From: Azolla caroliniana
Lineage: Eukaryota; Plantae; Polypodiophyta
DNA: 64,000 bases
Direction: 5' to 3'
Assembly: GCA_043228905.1 (NCBI GenBank)
Contig: JBHGNT010000008.1
Span: forward strand, 16,182,001 to 16,246,000
In this document: piece by piece, positions 13,001-24,537 of the stretch
Position numbering within the stretch: position 1 is the first letter of the stretch
How the letters are laid out: each line of letters begins with the position of its first letter
Made by a program: the position numbers and the translations under genes
Notes under the pieces: generated by a model
What the model was told of the DNA's origin: nothing
The model's input: the letters and a program-made list of their open reading frames with translations, nothing else
The model's database searches: none

Positions 13001-14075
13001 CTCCTTCATGACAGACGAAGGGTACCACAAAACGCAGTCCGATCACTGCGTGTTTGTGAAGAAGTTCGAAGGAGGAGACTTTCTAATACTCCTCCTGTAC
13101 GTGGACGACATGTTGATCGTCGGACGAGACCAGGTCAAGATACGGATGCTGAAGAAGGCTCTTCACCGAACCTTCTCAATGAAGGACCTGGGTCCGGCGA
13201 GGCAAATACTAGGGATGCACATCATCCGGGACCGGAAGAAGAAGCAGTTGTGGCTGTCACAGGAGAAGTACGTGACAAAGGTGCTTCACCGGTTCAACAT
13301 GTTGGAAGCAAGACCGGTCGGGTCAACACTCCCGGCAAACTGCAAGCTGTCCAGCAAGCAAAACCCCAAGACAAAGGCTGAGAAGGAGGACATGATGAAA
13401 GTACCATATGCCTCTGCCGTCGGGAGCTTGATGTACGCAATGGTGTGTACAAGACCGGACATAGGATATGCAGTTGGAGTGGTGAGCCGGTATATGAGTA
13501 ATCCCGGCAAGGAGCACTGGAACGCGGTCAAATGGATACTCCGATACTTAAAGGGCACTTCGAACATGTGCCTCCGATTCGGCTCCGGTAAACCCGAACT
13601 CGATGGATTTACCGATTCGGATATGTCGGCTGATGCGGATACCAGCCGGTCTACATCTGGGTATGTAATGACATATGCAGGGGGAGCCGTTTCGTGGCAG
13701 TCGAGGTTGCAGAAGACGGTTGCGTTGTCAACCACGGAGGCGGAGTACATGGCGGCTGTTGAAGCCGGCAAGGAAATAATATGGATGAAGGACTTCATTA
13801 GAGAGCTCGGTATCCGGCATGAGGAGTACCGACTCTACTGCGACAATCAGAGTGCCATCCACCTTGCGAAGAATGCGGCCTATCACTCCCGGACGAAGCA
13901 CATCCAGCGTAGATACCACTGGATCCGGGAAAGGATAGAAGACAAGGAGTTCGTGCTGACGAAGATCCACACGGACGAGAACGGGTCGGATATGCTGACC
14001 AAGGTACTTACACCCGACAAGCTGGAAGCATGCCGGAAGAGGATCGGATTGGAGAGACATCCCATGCCGAAGTGA
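10002..14075 (+). CDS. Copia gag-pol polyprotein (1357 aa)
   Basis: First ATG after the PBS. CFHCGKPGHFRKNC knuckle, WVVDSGAS protease, HKRLCH/CTDC, integrase VHTDV-RADNGGEY-NGLAERMN, RT QMDVKTAFL and LYVDD, RNase H FTDSD/RTKHI. Confidence 0.96.
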   Translation: MEGGGSGPPGMMVLNSQNYADWKIKMEDLLIVRDLYEPIDNAEIPKGVIESEWKLLNRKAVATIRQYVDVSVLQHVANDTNAYEMWKKLSGLYKRKNALNRTSLMRKIVNLKYRDGENMVEHVSTFMGFVNQLTAIKFPLEDAMQAIILMCTLLESWENLVVTLSTSCTEDNLSLQTVKTSILNEEARRRDKEPASDPKMLLTESDRGRQWNRSPQRREKSGTRSQSRGRPTCFHCGKPGHFRKNCRHYRKDNGADDTDSKKSPERNGAYRGATDRRGPDRRGQDRKGTTALAASEEEIMLITEERELNLAGVEMTWVVDSGASFHLTPDKKYFSSYTAGEHGCVRMGNEGTCRIAGIGDVWLMTSTGCKMLLKDVRHVPEVRLNLISAGRLDDEGYTGSIRNGVMKFSKGSLIVARARKVNTLYLMNSRLCPEELNVAADTAGELWHKRLCHMSEKGMKRLAEDNLIPVKHVHLEKCTDCLAGKQNRTSFHSRPPTRRSVPLELVHTDVCQVETKSHGGAQYFVTFIHDHSRKLWTAPLKTKDQVLSVFKELHARVERESGKELKAIRADNGGEYRGQFEEYCRSKGIRLEFTVPKTPKLNGLAERMNRTIMERVRSMLAHAKLPKGFWAEAMSTATYVINRSPSVPLDGDTPQRVWTGREVSYRHLKVFGCLAYVHVAKDRRGKLDPKTRPCIFLGYGDDEFGYRVWDPVDKKIFRSRDIIFMEDKTLADWESEKKMKSSKSTGEDQLYEEQSRPTRDRLALEDPAEDGEETEPAEEDETDTGTGPDPEMDSDEEETEEPVTEAPEWRYPLRERRAPRRFPEPEHVLLTDEGEPESFEEAKLDTHSRRWLSAMQEEMDSLHENHTYELVELPKGKRALRNKWVFKLKPGDAGNPPRYKARIVVKGFQQKKGVDFDEIFAPVVKMTSIRTVLSIAASMDLEVEQMDVKTAFLHGDLEEEIYMQQPEGFEKKGKEHLVCRLKKSLYGLKQAPRQWYRKFDSFMTDEGYHKTQSDHCVFVKKFEGGDFLILLLYVDDMLIVGRDQVKIRMLKKALHRTFSMKDLGPARQILGMHIIRDRKKKQLWLSQEKYVTKVLHRFNMLEARPVGSTLPANCKLSSKQNPKTKAEKEDMMKVPYASAVGSLMYAMVCTRPDIGYAVGVVSRYMSNPGKEHWNAVKWILRYLKGTSNMCLRFGSGKPELDGFTDSDMSADADTSRSTSGYVMTYAGGAVSWQSRLQKTVALSTTEAEYMAAVEAGKEIIWMKDFIRELGIRHEEYRLYCDNQSAIHLAKNAAYHSRTKHIQRRYHWIRERIEDKEFVLTKIHTDENGSDMLTKVLTPDKLEACRKRIGLERHPMPK

Positions 14076-14085
14076 AGGGGGAGTT

Positions 14086-14777
14086 TGTTGGGTTTTTCGG
14101 TCCCTCCGAATGGGATGTCCGGAGATGAATGACGGCAGGCCTGGTTGCGGTTACGGAACCGGAGGATGAAGAGTACCCGGTTACGGAACCGGAGGATGAA
14201 GACCCCGGCTACGGAGCCGGATGACGAAGACCCGGCTACGGAGCCGGATGATGAAGACCCCGGCAACGGAGCCGGATGACGAGGACCCGGCTACGGGGCC
14301 GGATGATGAAGACCCCGGTTACGGAGCCGGATGACGAAGTACCCGGAGAGAGAGATCCGGATGCGGAGACTATATTTGTAAATAGCCCGAAAGTCATATG
14401 TGTATAAATATGACTTAGGGCAAACAGTTTAGTTGTTGCTCATTTTCTGTTTTCCACTTAGAGAGAGTGAAGAGAGCAGCCGAGAGAGAGAGAGAGTGAG
14501 AGAAAGACGAAGAGGTCGTTGCCTCTGTGTATTACCGCCGCCTGTGGCGAAGACAGTGAGCTCAAGGTTGTTGCCTTGTGGCTTCACCATTGTACATCTC
14601 TGTTCATAGTGATAGTTGGAGTTTGAGGACTCCCGTGGTTTTTTCCCATTTAGGGTTTTCCACGTAAAACATCCTGTGTATTTTTCTCTCTATTGTCTTC
14701 GTGCATTTTTTTTTGTATTTCCCGTTTTCTGGAGTTGGTCCTATTCCTCGGTTGCGGCCGAGCACTGTTGTTCAACA
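14086..14777 (+). repeat. 3' LTR of Copia C
   Basis: Same length as the 5' LTR; preceded by PPT. Confidence 0.97.
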
Positions 14778-14782
14778 GTAAA

Positions 14783-15174
14783 GAATCGGATGCATTCTGT
14801 ATAGTAGAAGAAGTGCAACGGAAGAACTGTGTGTGTGTGTGTGTGTGTCTCTGTGTGTGTGTGTAGCGAGAGAGAAAGAGGGGCAGAGCTCACAATTACA
14901 GAAAATTAGAAAAACTGTATTACAAACGAAGCAAGAATTACCAACATTTACAAAGAGAGGGAGAGGGTGCTTATGTAGTCACCTTCTCTCTAAGTTCTTT
15001 CACTAGTACCGCCTCTTGGGAAAGAGGTCATGTCTTAACTACTTAAAGAATATGTGTCATAGGACATTAACTTCTATGACACACTAGTTACTATACAAGG
15101 AGGTGTGGTGTTCACAAACTAGAGTATCCTAGAGTGTGATCCCACACACAGGAAGTTGACTTTGATTCTCAACA
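14783..15174 (-). repeat. Main part of the 5' LTR of Copia A
   Basis: Minus-strand start TGTTGAGAATCAAAGTCAACTTCC resembles the LTR start of element E (TGTTGAGAATCGAACTCAACTTCC). Contains CA/CT microsatellites like E. Confidence 0.88.
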
Positions 15175-16742
15175 GGAAGAGATTTGGCAACAAAAGGATT
15201 GGGAAGATTGGGTGCGCTCTCAAATCAACCAACGCCTAAAGCAGAAAACGGAAGACTTCGAGAAGCTACACAATGACCATAAGCAACTCGAAGTGGAACA
15301 TAACAAGCTAGGGTCAAATTATGACCGGCAGCAAGAAAAGCTTAAGGAGGTCCGGACGGAGTTGAAGGAAAAAACGGAGGCGCTAACAGATCAAGGTAAA
15401 ATGATGGCTTAGATGACGACAAAGGTGATGGAGGAAGCAGCGAAAGAAAGAATGGAACTCCAATCGCAGCACTATGAGGAAGTGCAATGGGCAAAGATGG
15501 TTTTGGATAGGTTGCAAATGACCTACTAGACCCAATTTATGGAGTATGAAGTACAAGCAAAGGTGGCTGCCAAACTCATCAAACAGCTCAAGAACGAGAA
15601 GGAGGCCATGGAGAACAAGATGAAGCTCGGCATCAAAAGAATTCGAATGCTTGTCGAAGCATGGAAGGACCGAACGAAGACAAATCGACGATTGTTCATT
15701 GTCGGTATGGAATGAATGGTTCCGACAAGCGGTGGAACTCCAAATACTCCGGGCTAATGCGGAAAATCGGGAAAAGGCCGGCGACAATTTCTACAAGATG
15801 GATGAAGAAAGCATTGTCACCATTCGGGAGGAATTGTCGGATGATTTTTTTGCCTTGGTTGAAAATCACCTAGACAGTGTGCCAAAGCTCATCAAAAGGC
15901 TCGAAGACAATCAACTAGACATGCCACTGCAATTCGAGCAATACGAGTGGGAGCGACTGCAGAAAGAGGCGGAAAAACGAGCAGAGGCCATAAACATCAA
16001 CAATGAGGAACAATCTGCGAAGCCACAACCACAACATGAAGACTAGTCGGATCAATAGAAGGAAGTAGCCGAAACGGAGCAAACAGAGAAAGCTGGAAGT
16101 AAGGGGGACGGAACGACCAGCCGGAGGGAGTCAAAGCAAGGCAACAACAACAGCGGCAATCGGAGGAGTGACAACAGCAGCAACAGAATGAAGAACCACT
16201 CAAACCCTTGGATGAAAGCATATTGGACATAGTCGACGAAGAGTGACGGAGATAACCCGTGGGTTCGACGTGTAAAATATTGCCCCACATGGACCAGAGG
16301 GTTAATATGTACAAGGACAAGTCAGGGAATAATATTATCATAATTATTAGGAAATATTATAGGAATGGACGGAATCAGAATAGTTGTACCGATCCAGATC
16401 CGAACTGATTGATAGTTGGTGAATGGTAAGGCACCGTTTCGTATTTCCAACCGAATGACTATAAAAGGATCTGGGAATCGATGTAATTAACAGCCGAAGT
16501 AATACAAGTTTGAGCGTTCTAATTTAATTCTATTGTGTCTCTTGTCTACTTTCGCTTTCATTCATACTCTTACACGTGTTTTCATTAATCGGTTGTGTAT
16601 TAACCATCCGGAGAGTATCCGAAAATACCCGGATTTGAATCGGATCTGTGTCGGATAATATCATTACCTTAACCACCCCTTTGGTGAAGTGTCCGGAATG
16701 GACACCCCTGTGTTTGTGGCTATGTCCAACCTAGAGTAAACA
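15175..16742 (+). mobile_element. Probable 3' end of an LTR element (H): decayed coiled-coil ORF followed by an LTR-like segment 16271-16742
   Basis: E/K/Q-rich heptad-like reading frames 15212-16046 with stops. The segment TGTAAAA...GTAAACA holds CTATAAAAGG and AATACAAG. No partner LTR or clear PPT. Confidence 0.5.
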
Positions 16743-18021
16743 TTCGTCAACTCATCCAATGTCTAACCGTCAACCCCGTTACCTGGAACCGGGCCCGACT
16801 CGAGACATCTTTGCGTTTCGTTCAATTGAGTCGGAACCTCCTCCGTTGTTCGTCTCATGACTAAGCCGGTCGGCGACGACCCTTCATCGTTCCATTCCCA
16901 TCATTTATCGAACCAACCGCAAACCCGCTTCACCATGGCCCAATTGGTTGTGAGCCCTTCGTCCATTTCCAGCAAGAGACCGACCTTCTCTCAATCAAGA
17001 GGATCGACTAACTTGATGAAAAGGAGGACCTTGCAGCCGCGCAAATTGCTTCTCAAACTCTTGGAGAAGCATGGATGTGTTCCGCCCCTTACCGGGGAGC
17101 TCAACCAACTCCGTAAGCTCCCTCTTTGACAACCGGAGTGAGTCGTCGAGTCCATATCTTTCGAGGAGTCGCTCCTTGAAGTCCTGCCAACTATGGCAAT
17201 CAACCTGCACCTAGAGCACCTCAGCGTGGATGCTTGGTGTAACCACCCGAGGAAATCTAAACAGTCTTCGATCTTCCGGTATGTACCGCATAAGCATTGT
17301 GACCGTGTAGGGCTCCAAGTAGTTGGTGGTGTCCCTGCCATTGAATCGGCCCGTAGTGCCGACTATCGTTTTGATGACTCTATCGACCCCCGACGAGTTT
17401 TCACGAGCATTCACGAGCTCACCCCTCTCACTATCCTGACTCCTTTGCCGCCCTTTTCACGTTGGGTTCACCAAAGATGTCACGGTAATCCACGTGGATG
17501 TGTCAGATCGGGGCAGGACCACGGGGTTCTTGAATGAAGAAGCCTAAAGGGAACAAGAGGGGTTGAAGTGTTTGTCCAAATTGGTTTCTGGATATCCTCA
17601 CCATCACATGGGCTCGGGCCTCCTATGCGAACAGAGGCCTCACCGACTCTCAACGAACACACAAGACAGAAAACCGAAGATCGAAAACTTGTAGATCACA
17701 GAAAACCGACAGTGCTTCCGCTTCCAAAACGATGGATCCCCTCTTCCGTCTTCTCTCCCCTTTTTTATAGCTCAAGGAGAGAGAGAAGTCGTTACATCAA
17801 GTTGTTTAAGACAACCGCTTTTCTGTCCTCCCATCAATCACAATTATTCTCCCTATGCGTGTCTCTTTAAAGTATCTATTATACACTTCTTCCTAGTACT
17901 CAATGACACATAATCATTTACATATGTTTGTACATAATGACTACTTCGTGTGCATCCGTGCACACCCCCATTCACTCGCAGTCGGTGAGTTTTCTCCTAG
18001 TAGTCGGAATCCTCCACGACA
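16743..18021 (-). mobile_element. Decayed Gypsy element G (relative of D): 5' LTR, tRNA-Trp PBS, gag start
   Basis: LTR 17478-18021 (minus TGTCGTGG...CGTGACA). PBS TGGTGAACCCAACGTGAA 17456-17473. gag GRFNGRDTTNYL...SWQDFKERLLERYGLDDS aligns with D gag GQFNGKDVSRYL...TWEAFEEALKTTFAIEDS. Confidence 0.82.
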
Positions 18022-18810
18022 ATGTCTCTTTAAATCTGTAGACCCAGTTGCACGGAAGAGCACGTCGATTTTTCGATAGTTCAACTAAGTCTCACATCTT
18101 GTTTTCCCGAATGAAGTTCATTTCTGACTCCATGGCCAAACGCCAAGTGGACAAATCGGCTGATGTCGATGCTTCTTCATATGACGTCGGTTCTTTGGCA
18201 TCCGTGAAGAAGACTCCAGGGGAGTACCTCTCTAGGGGTTGCAACAGTCTCTCGGATCTTTGAGGTAGGACGAGACTAGTCGCATCGGGTGTCAGAGTCG
18301 GATGGTCCAAAGCCGAATCATTCGGTTGTGCCGAGTCGGGCATTGTCGAGTTGGTTCGAGAGGATTCGGCTACCCGTGAAGTCAACCTCGTGTTATGGCT
18401 TGGGCCATCATGAAGGGCTAGTACCCTTCGGACTCAGTTGAACACAATTGCTCTCGGAAGTACACTAACTCCCACAAGTGCATCCGAATGATGGCCCGGA
18501 CGATTCTATCTAGCTTCTGCCACTCATTCGGCTTGTATCCTTCTGGAGCATTTTCAGTCTCGATTGGGTCGATCTAACCCTTGACTATTAGATAGTCCTG
18601 CATTTGCTCCTTCCAGAAATTAAAGTTCAATCGAATCAAATATATCTTTATGGCAACAACCTTCTTTTCGTAAGTGTCTAAAAGTGTCTTCCATAGTTGA
18701 AAGGCAGATGAACACGATTGCACTGTGAAGTACACTGACTCCAACAAGTGCATCCGAATGGTGGCGTGGACGATTCTATCCAGCTTCTGCCACTCATTCA
18801 ACTTTAGTTG
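18022..18810 (-). pseudogene. Rearranged Copia fragments (INT-RT linker and gag pieces)
   Basis: FTDAKEPTSYEEA...WRLAMESEMNFIREN; NFNFWKEQMQDYLIVKG; EWQKLDRIV.ATIRMHL. Confidence 0.75.
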
Positions 18811-18960
18811 CTAAGGTGGAATCCCACTAGAAGTTGTGGGTCTACGGTAGTTGCCCCCTCACGGAACTAGAATAGGACCCAGGGGATTTTAGGTGGAAAC
18901 ACAGCGGCAGACTATACTACTTTGATTACAACATTGAATTGGGTCGAGCTATAAAATTAC

Positions 18961-19975
18961 AGTAGGAAGGTCCGTTATGCAATGATTGGCAGAGATTGGG
19001 CATCCTTGACAAGGTGCTTGATACCTTTTGGAAGGTTCTCTGGCATTTCCACAAGCTTGAGAAGATCAAGCAATTTTGGTGGCAAATCGGCCATTAATGT
19101 GGTCCCTTTTGGCAAATGATAGGTAAAGGAGGATGCTCAATAGCTTGCCCACCTTGTTTTGCACCTATCGAGACTCTGAAACACTATTTGTGGGATTGCC
19201 CTCAAGCTCAAAGGGTGTGGGAAACGAGTGACACACCTCCTAACTGCTACCAAAGTGAATGGGACAACATCGTGGAGTACAGTGGCCTAGATCAATCTCT
19301 CGGTTGATAGCTGGACAGACACCTTCAACGCAGGCTACTGGTGCTATGAATGCATGTCAAGAGGTAAATTGGTCAAGACCCGATTTAAGAGAGGCTTGAA
19401 GATTGCATCCCCTCGTTTCCGAGAGATTTGGATGTTGATTGCAAGCTTCACCCTTTAGTATATGTGGAAAGTACGTTGCCTAAAGGTCTTCCAAGATCTC
19501 GTACACCCCTTGGAGGAATTGATCATGGATGTTTGGTTCGCGGTTATCAGTTGCCTATGAGGGCAGTTGGACGAGGTTTGCGACCACTCCGATGAGGTGA
19601 TCACTGCCCACTTACACTTTTGGCAGAAATTGAGGAACACGTTGATGGTGACGCAAGGAGGAAACAGTCCGTGGTGGAACCACCAACCCCCACGCTGGTT
19701 GTTTCTTAATCTCCTCCCACCCTCCCTACATTGAAGGTTAGAGGATCGGGCTCTTGTTGGGCGGCGATGATTATCACTAATTTATAGCTCTAGGTACCTA
19801 CTTACATCAAGTAGAAAGTATAAGAGGATATGTACGCAGCCTCATATTCTTGAACTCGGTCAGGGGGTGATTCCCCGATTTATATATGAACCACCTTGTA
19901 TAGTCTTTTTGTAAAAATCTCTCCTAACTAATGGGAAAGTAGCTCCTTTTTTGGGAAAAGAAAAAGAATAAAGAA
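18961..19975 (+). mobile_element. 5'-truncated L1-type LINE (ORF2 zinc-finger/C-terminus, 3' UTR, A-rich tail)
   Basis: ETLKHYLWDCPQAQRVW and WNHQPPRWLF-type motifs homologous to the end of the ORF2 at 49634-53977. A-rich tail ~19955-19975. Degraded GAGCTA(T/C)AAAA TSD candidate. Confidence 0.8.
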
Positions 19976-20477
19976 GAGCTACAAAAGTCACTAAATGGTA
20001 AGTTTTATAGCTTTTTACAATGAGGTTGGGCTCCTTTCACATTACGGTAACCATTTCTAGTGTTGATGGAAGCCCTTGCATTTCTAGGGTAACCATTTCT
20101 AGGGCTCTTTTAAGAGAAATTAGAAATGCTCATTGTATTTGATGAACTCTTTATTAGTGGTATATTCCCAATATGATTAAATTTTATTATTTGTAAAAAA
20201 AATGACTAATATATTTTTGTGTCGCTCTAACATAATATAAACATCAATATGAAAAATGATGACAAATATCATATGAGGATTATTAGGAGTTAGATTTTAT
20301 TTGAGAGAGAATATGAAGTATATATATTAGTTTGATTTGATCTTAAGATCTTTTTGTATCAACTCTTTCCTTATCTATGCTTTTTTAGCCTTTTATTTAT
20401 AACCAACATTTTAGAAACAAACTTACACATTATTTTTAGGAGTTTGCGACAAACTTAAAAAGTATTTGTGGGGGTCT

Positions 20478-22072
20478 TTCGCTTACTTTAGGCCATGAAA
20501 AGGGGTCAATTGGGCACCCCAAACGGGATGGATTGTAAACATGGATCTCAAACCTAGTTTCTCCCACCAATTGGAGGATAGATTCAGTGCATCCATGTGG
20601 AAGGCATGGTGTGACATTAGACGAGGGTTCAAGTGTGATCAACCGAGTTTTGAACCTACCTAGCTCAGTCAACGTATCCTATAGAACCCATGTATCAAGG
20701 ATGAATATAATCAACTACTGGGATCACGTAAGGGGTTGTCATGGGGATACATTGCAGAAGGTCCAAGAAAAAGTAAAGAATGTTGGCGACAGTTTATGTC
20801 ACTGCCACTACAAGATCAAGCCAGCACACTCCATGGAATCAGGGGCAAATGGACTATGAGATCGGAAATCATTAACTCTCTACTAATTAGGGAAACTGTT
20901 ACTCAAAGGATGACAATGGAGAAATGGATAGGCCACGAGGAGGAGGGATCTCTGATCCTGAGAGGTAGGGGAACACCAGACAAGATCAAAGGCTCTGAAT
21001 TGCGAGACACTAAGACACCAACATAGAATAATGCAATTCGAGTACTCGCGTATACTGGTCATAAATGGATTGTAGATCATGATCCGATCAAAGTACAACC
21101 CGATTGGCACATATGTACTCATGAAAACACATGGCTACGTAAGTTCAGTTGGGACCCTTTGCAATGGACATGGCCTGATCCTTACGTGAGGCAAGAAAGC
21201 AAACCCATCCCTTTCTTCCAATTCACAACTAGATTGGGTCGCCACATTCTAGCTGCTCAAACCACCCGACAGTCGGCTGCTGCGAAGGTCTAGCACACAT
21301 TTCAAGTTCCTCCCACAATTATCACCAAGTTTTGGCAGAAAATCTAGAAACAACAACACGCGAGGCGAATTACCACGTTCCAATGGATATTAATACATAA
21401 AGTCCCTACCAGTGGGAGCATGGCAACGTGGGAACCTTAGCTCTCCTAATTGTGTAGAGTGCCCAATGTAGTAGAATCAATATGACACACTCTGTGGGAC
21501 TGCCCAACATCCCATCGAATATGGCGGGGGGTTGGACACTTGTTGCAATTATGCCAGGTGCAAGGCTCAATCAAGTGGGGAAATATATGTTGGCTATCAT
21601 GGCAAGCCCAATTGGTAGATACGAGCATCAGGAGGAGGGGATGACTTTGGTGATAAAACCACAATAGGGTTTTTTCTCCACCAGCGGCAATGTCCACTCA
21701 ACTCCTCTTAATGACAAATCTCAAGTTGTGTTGGAATTGGTCAGCCCAATAACTCTTTGGATTCTATGGAAACAACAGTATAGACGTGTCTTCTCCAACC
21801 AAACTGTGCATCCAGCAAGGTTAGTGCAAGAGATATGGAGTGAAATTGTAGCCACTTAAAGAGCCAATATGATGGCCTTAAGGGCGGCTCCTATGGAGTT
21901 GAAAGACAACGAATAGCCTTCATCCAACAATGGCCGTCCTCTCCCTTTCTTGAGTCAGTGGGCATCCATATAAGATGGAACTATCGCGTCCCTATAGGGA
22001 TTTGTACATAATCGTCTCATTTGTAAAATTTTATAACTAATGGAAGGAGTATTTTTTGGGGAAAAAAAAAAG
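20478..22072 (+). mobile_element. 5'-truncated L1-type LINE with 20-bp TSD
   Basis: TSD AAAAGTATTTGTGGGGGTCT at 20458-20477 and 22073-22092, at a TT/AAAAA site. Poly(A) from 22062. Decayed ORF2 C-half (WDPLQWTWPDPY, HTLWDCP). Confidence 0.9.
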
Positions 22073-24537
22073 AAAAGTATTTGTGGGGGTCTACCCTTTC
22101 TATTATTTTTTTCTAGAGTGAGATTTAAAGTCTTTCATGGGGTAAGGCTCCTATCTATCAAAGGTGTCGAAAAATAAATGTGAATTCCACCACCTTTTGT
22201 AGACGACATTGGAACTCCTAGCTATATAACAAACGAGATTCGTTTCTTTTTACTAATTATACAACACTATTAATTGATACTTCGACAAAAGGAAAAGGTT
22301 TTTATAGTGATGTCATTGGATTAAATTCACAAATACCACATACAATTGTTATGTTTGGGATTATCATGTGTACTGATAAAAAGGGCTTGAGTGAACATGA
22401 AGATATAGACGCCATCTTCTTTGAGTCTATAGTTGCAAATTGACAACAAATGCCATCTCTATCACCCACTCCTTATCGCTATTAAGGTAAATGTGACAGT
22501 AAAACACAAGAAGAAAAAATAAACATTTACAAAGAGGAGCCTCCAAGCAATATATATGTCAAAAGGTAATCAAGAAGCACACAAGTTGGTAAAATCCATA
22601 ATATTCTGACTTTTATTGAAAAACAACAACAAGACGGACATGACTCTTTCATTGATCAATGTGACGATGCAAGCAAATTTTGGGTGCAAAGAAATAGTGA
22701 ATCACGAAATAACCTAATTCAAGAATGGGAGATAGATATCTCAAGACAAGTTGTCCCCCATGTTCAAATTTTGAAATTTTATATCCCTTGGCGACAAACC
22801 ACAAGTGGATGTGTGCAAAAACTAAAACAGTAGCAAGGTATTGAACAAAAATGCAATGAAACCAAAGAGACATTAAGCTCTTAGACTATGTTGATACCAT
22901 GTAATGGAAACTAAAGACATATGTTTATTCCTATGATTCCTCATGAATCAAAGAAATGGATATTATCTATCCAAATCGACATCTCCAATGGAAAAGAGCT
23001 GCCAAAACTTGTACAAGAAAGAGATTCTGAATCTTATCATTGGAATCAACTAGAATAGTCGCAAGAATGAGTCCCCAGTAATGATTGGTGCTAACACATT
23101 GAAAAGAACCTTGTCACCAAATAAGAAAGCAGTGGTAAGACCAAGAATGATGTACAAGACTCTCATGAGAAAAAGAATATAGTCACAACGCAATGAGTTT
23201 ACCTCTTCCACAAGAAACCTACAAGATCAATATAATGCACTTTAAACGGGGAAACGATGACATTAATGGGGATTTTGATTGACGAACATATGTGAACATA
23301 TGTTCAATCCTTATATACCCACTTCAATGAGGCCCAAATACAAGCCATAACCTCAAGGAAGTCATGGATGGCCAATGCTTTGTTGCTAACATAGCCTAGG
23401 AGGCTTGCTTCATATAATAATTAGGAATTAGCAATGGCTCAACTCAAGCCTAAACCAAACCATTAAACCATTTTTTAAACAGTTCGGTTGTTCGGTTTGG
23501 TTTAGTTTAGGGTTCAGTTTCCTTAACCGATGTGAGCTCTGTTTGGGATTGCTCAAATTGATTACCAAGTTATTTAATGCTTAATTGGCTTGGTTTAACT
23601 GGTGTGGCGATTCCAAATAATGGTAACAAAAATTGGATCAAACTCATCTAAAATTGTAGACACAAGAATATGGGTTCTACCTTACTATCATAGTGGCACT
23701 ACATTCACAAAACTCTCCCAATGGTAAAGCTCAAACCATAACTTTCCAAACAAATATTGTAGCTTGTAGCATGAATCGAGAATACCAACATATTATGGTC
23801 AAATGAGAGCACCAAATAATTGCCTTGAGAAAACCTCATACATATATAACTCTTTCTTCCATCCACTTATGTTTTTCAATTAACTTGTGATAAGCAGCAT
23901 TTGTTGATATCATAGTCAATCAAGTTCTTCACATCCACCATCGAATCAAGAATTGGGTCATGCGGCAACACTAATCCGTGCAACTTATCCCAAATAATCT
24001 ACCTTTGATCACATCCACTTATCCTTTCAACACAACCTCAACCAAACCCAATCCTTAGATTAATTTCTCTCACTATCACAATGTTCACACTTAATTACAA
24101 CATTCATTACTAAAGTTCTTGAACATCAAGAGTGACTTCTAACTTTCACGTGTATTACACGTAAATATTATATTCCTAGTCTCAAATGGTGCAATCATGG
24201 AAACAATATTTAGTATATAAACATAGTAACATGATAAAAGAGCCACTAACCAAGTTGACTTCAGAATGAAATACTCCATAACATATTTCCTCATTGCCCT
24301 CTAGGTGAAAATGGGAGAGAGTTATTCAAGGGAGAAACGTTTTTAATTGTTACTTTGTGGATTTCCAAGAAAATCGTCCAATAGAATGCCATGAATGGAA
24401 CTAATACCAAACTGTGGTGTTTGCAATTATCAGCTACCTATGAGGGCAGTTTGACGAGGTTGGCAGCCACTCCAACCACGTGGTCATTGCCCGCGTATAC
24501 TTTTGGCAAAAATGGAGGAACACATTGATGCTGACGC

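Larger units (their letters stand above)
9280..14777 (+). mobile_element. Ty1/Copia element C (Tnt1/Tork-like), intact and young
   Basis: 692-bp LTRs 9280-9971 and 14086-14777 with 2 substitutions seen. TSD GTAAA at 9275-9279 and 14778-14782. PBS TGGTATCAGAGC 9974-9985. PPT GAAGGGGGAG 14074-14083. Single uninterrupted ORF. Confidence 0.98.
362..15174 (-). mobile_element. Ty1/Copia element A, 3'-truncated, hosting nested elements B and C
   Basis: 5' LTR 9274-9279 + 14783-15174 (TG...CA, split by C). tRNA-iMet PBS 9262-9273. gag starts at 9115 and rejoins across B (GNLKKIF|VANTTARK). Protease (WFVDSSAS), integrase and early RT (KARLVAKGY...APVAKMTTVR...GWH) run down to ~362, where homology stops. 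No RNase H or 3' LTR. Confidence 0.9.

Noticed and set aside
10047-14266. Many antisense and overlapping ORFs on Copia C, Gypsy D and PAL
   Set aside because: Expected shadows of GC-rich coding sequence; no motifs.
19790-19910. Self-cleaving ribozyme in the L1 3' UTR hairpins or LTRs
   Set aside because: No hammerhead CUGAUGA/GAAA core or HDV-like topology seen.
22620-24400. PBS-like GATACCATGT (~22894), AAACC/GGTTT-rich MITE-like tract and coding-like relics
   Set aside because: Too decayed; no terminal repeats, TSDs or recognisable protein motifs could be established.
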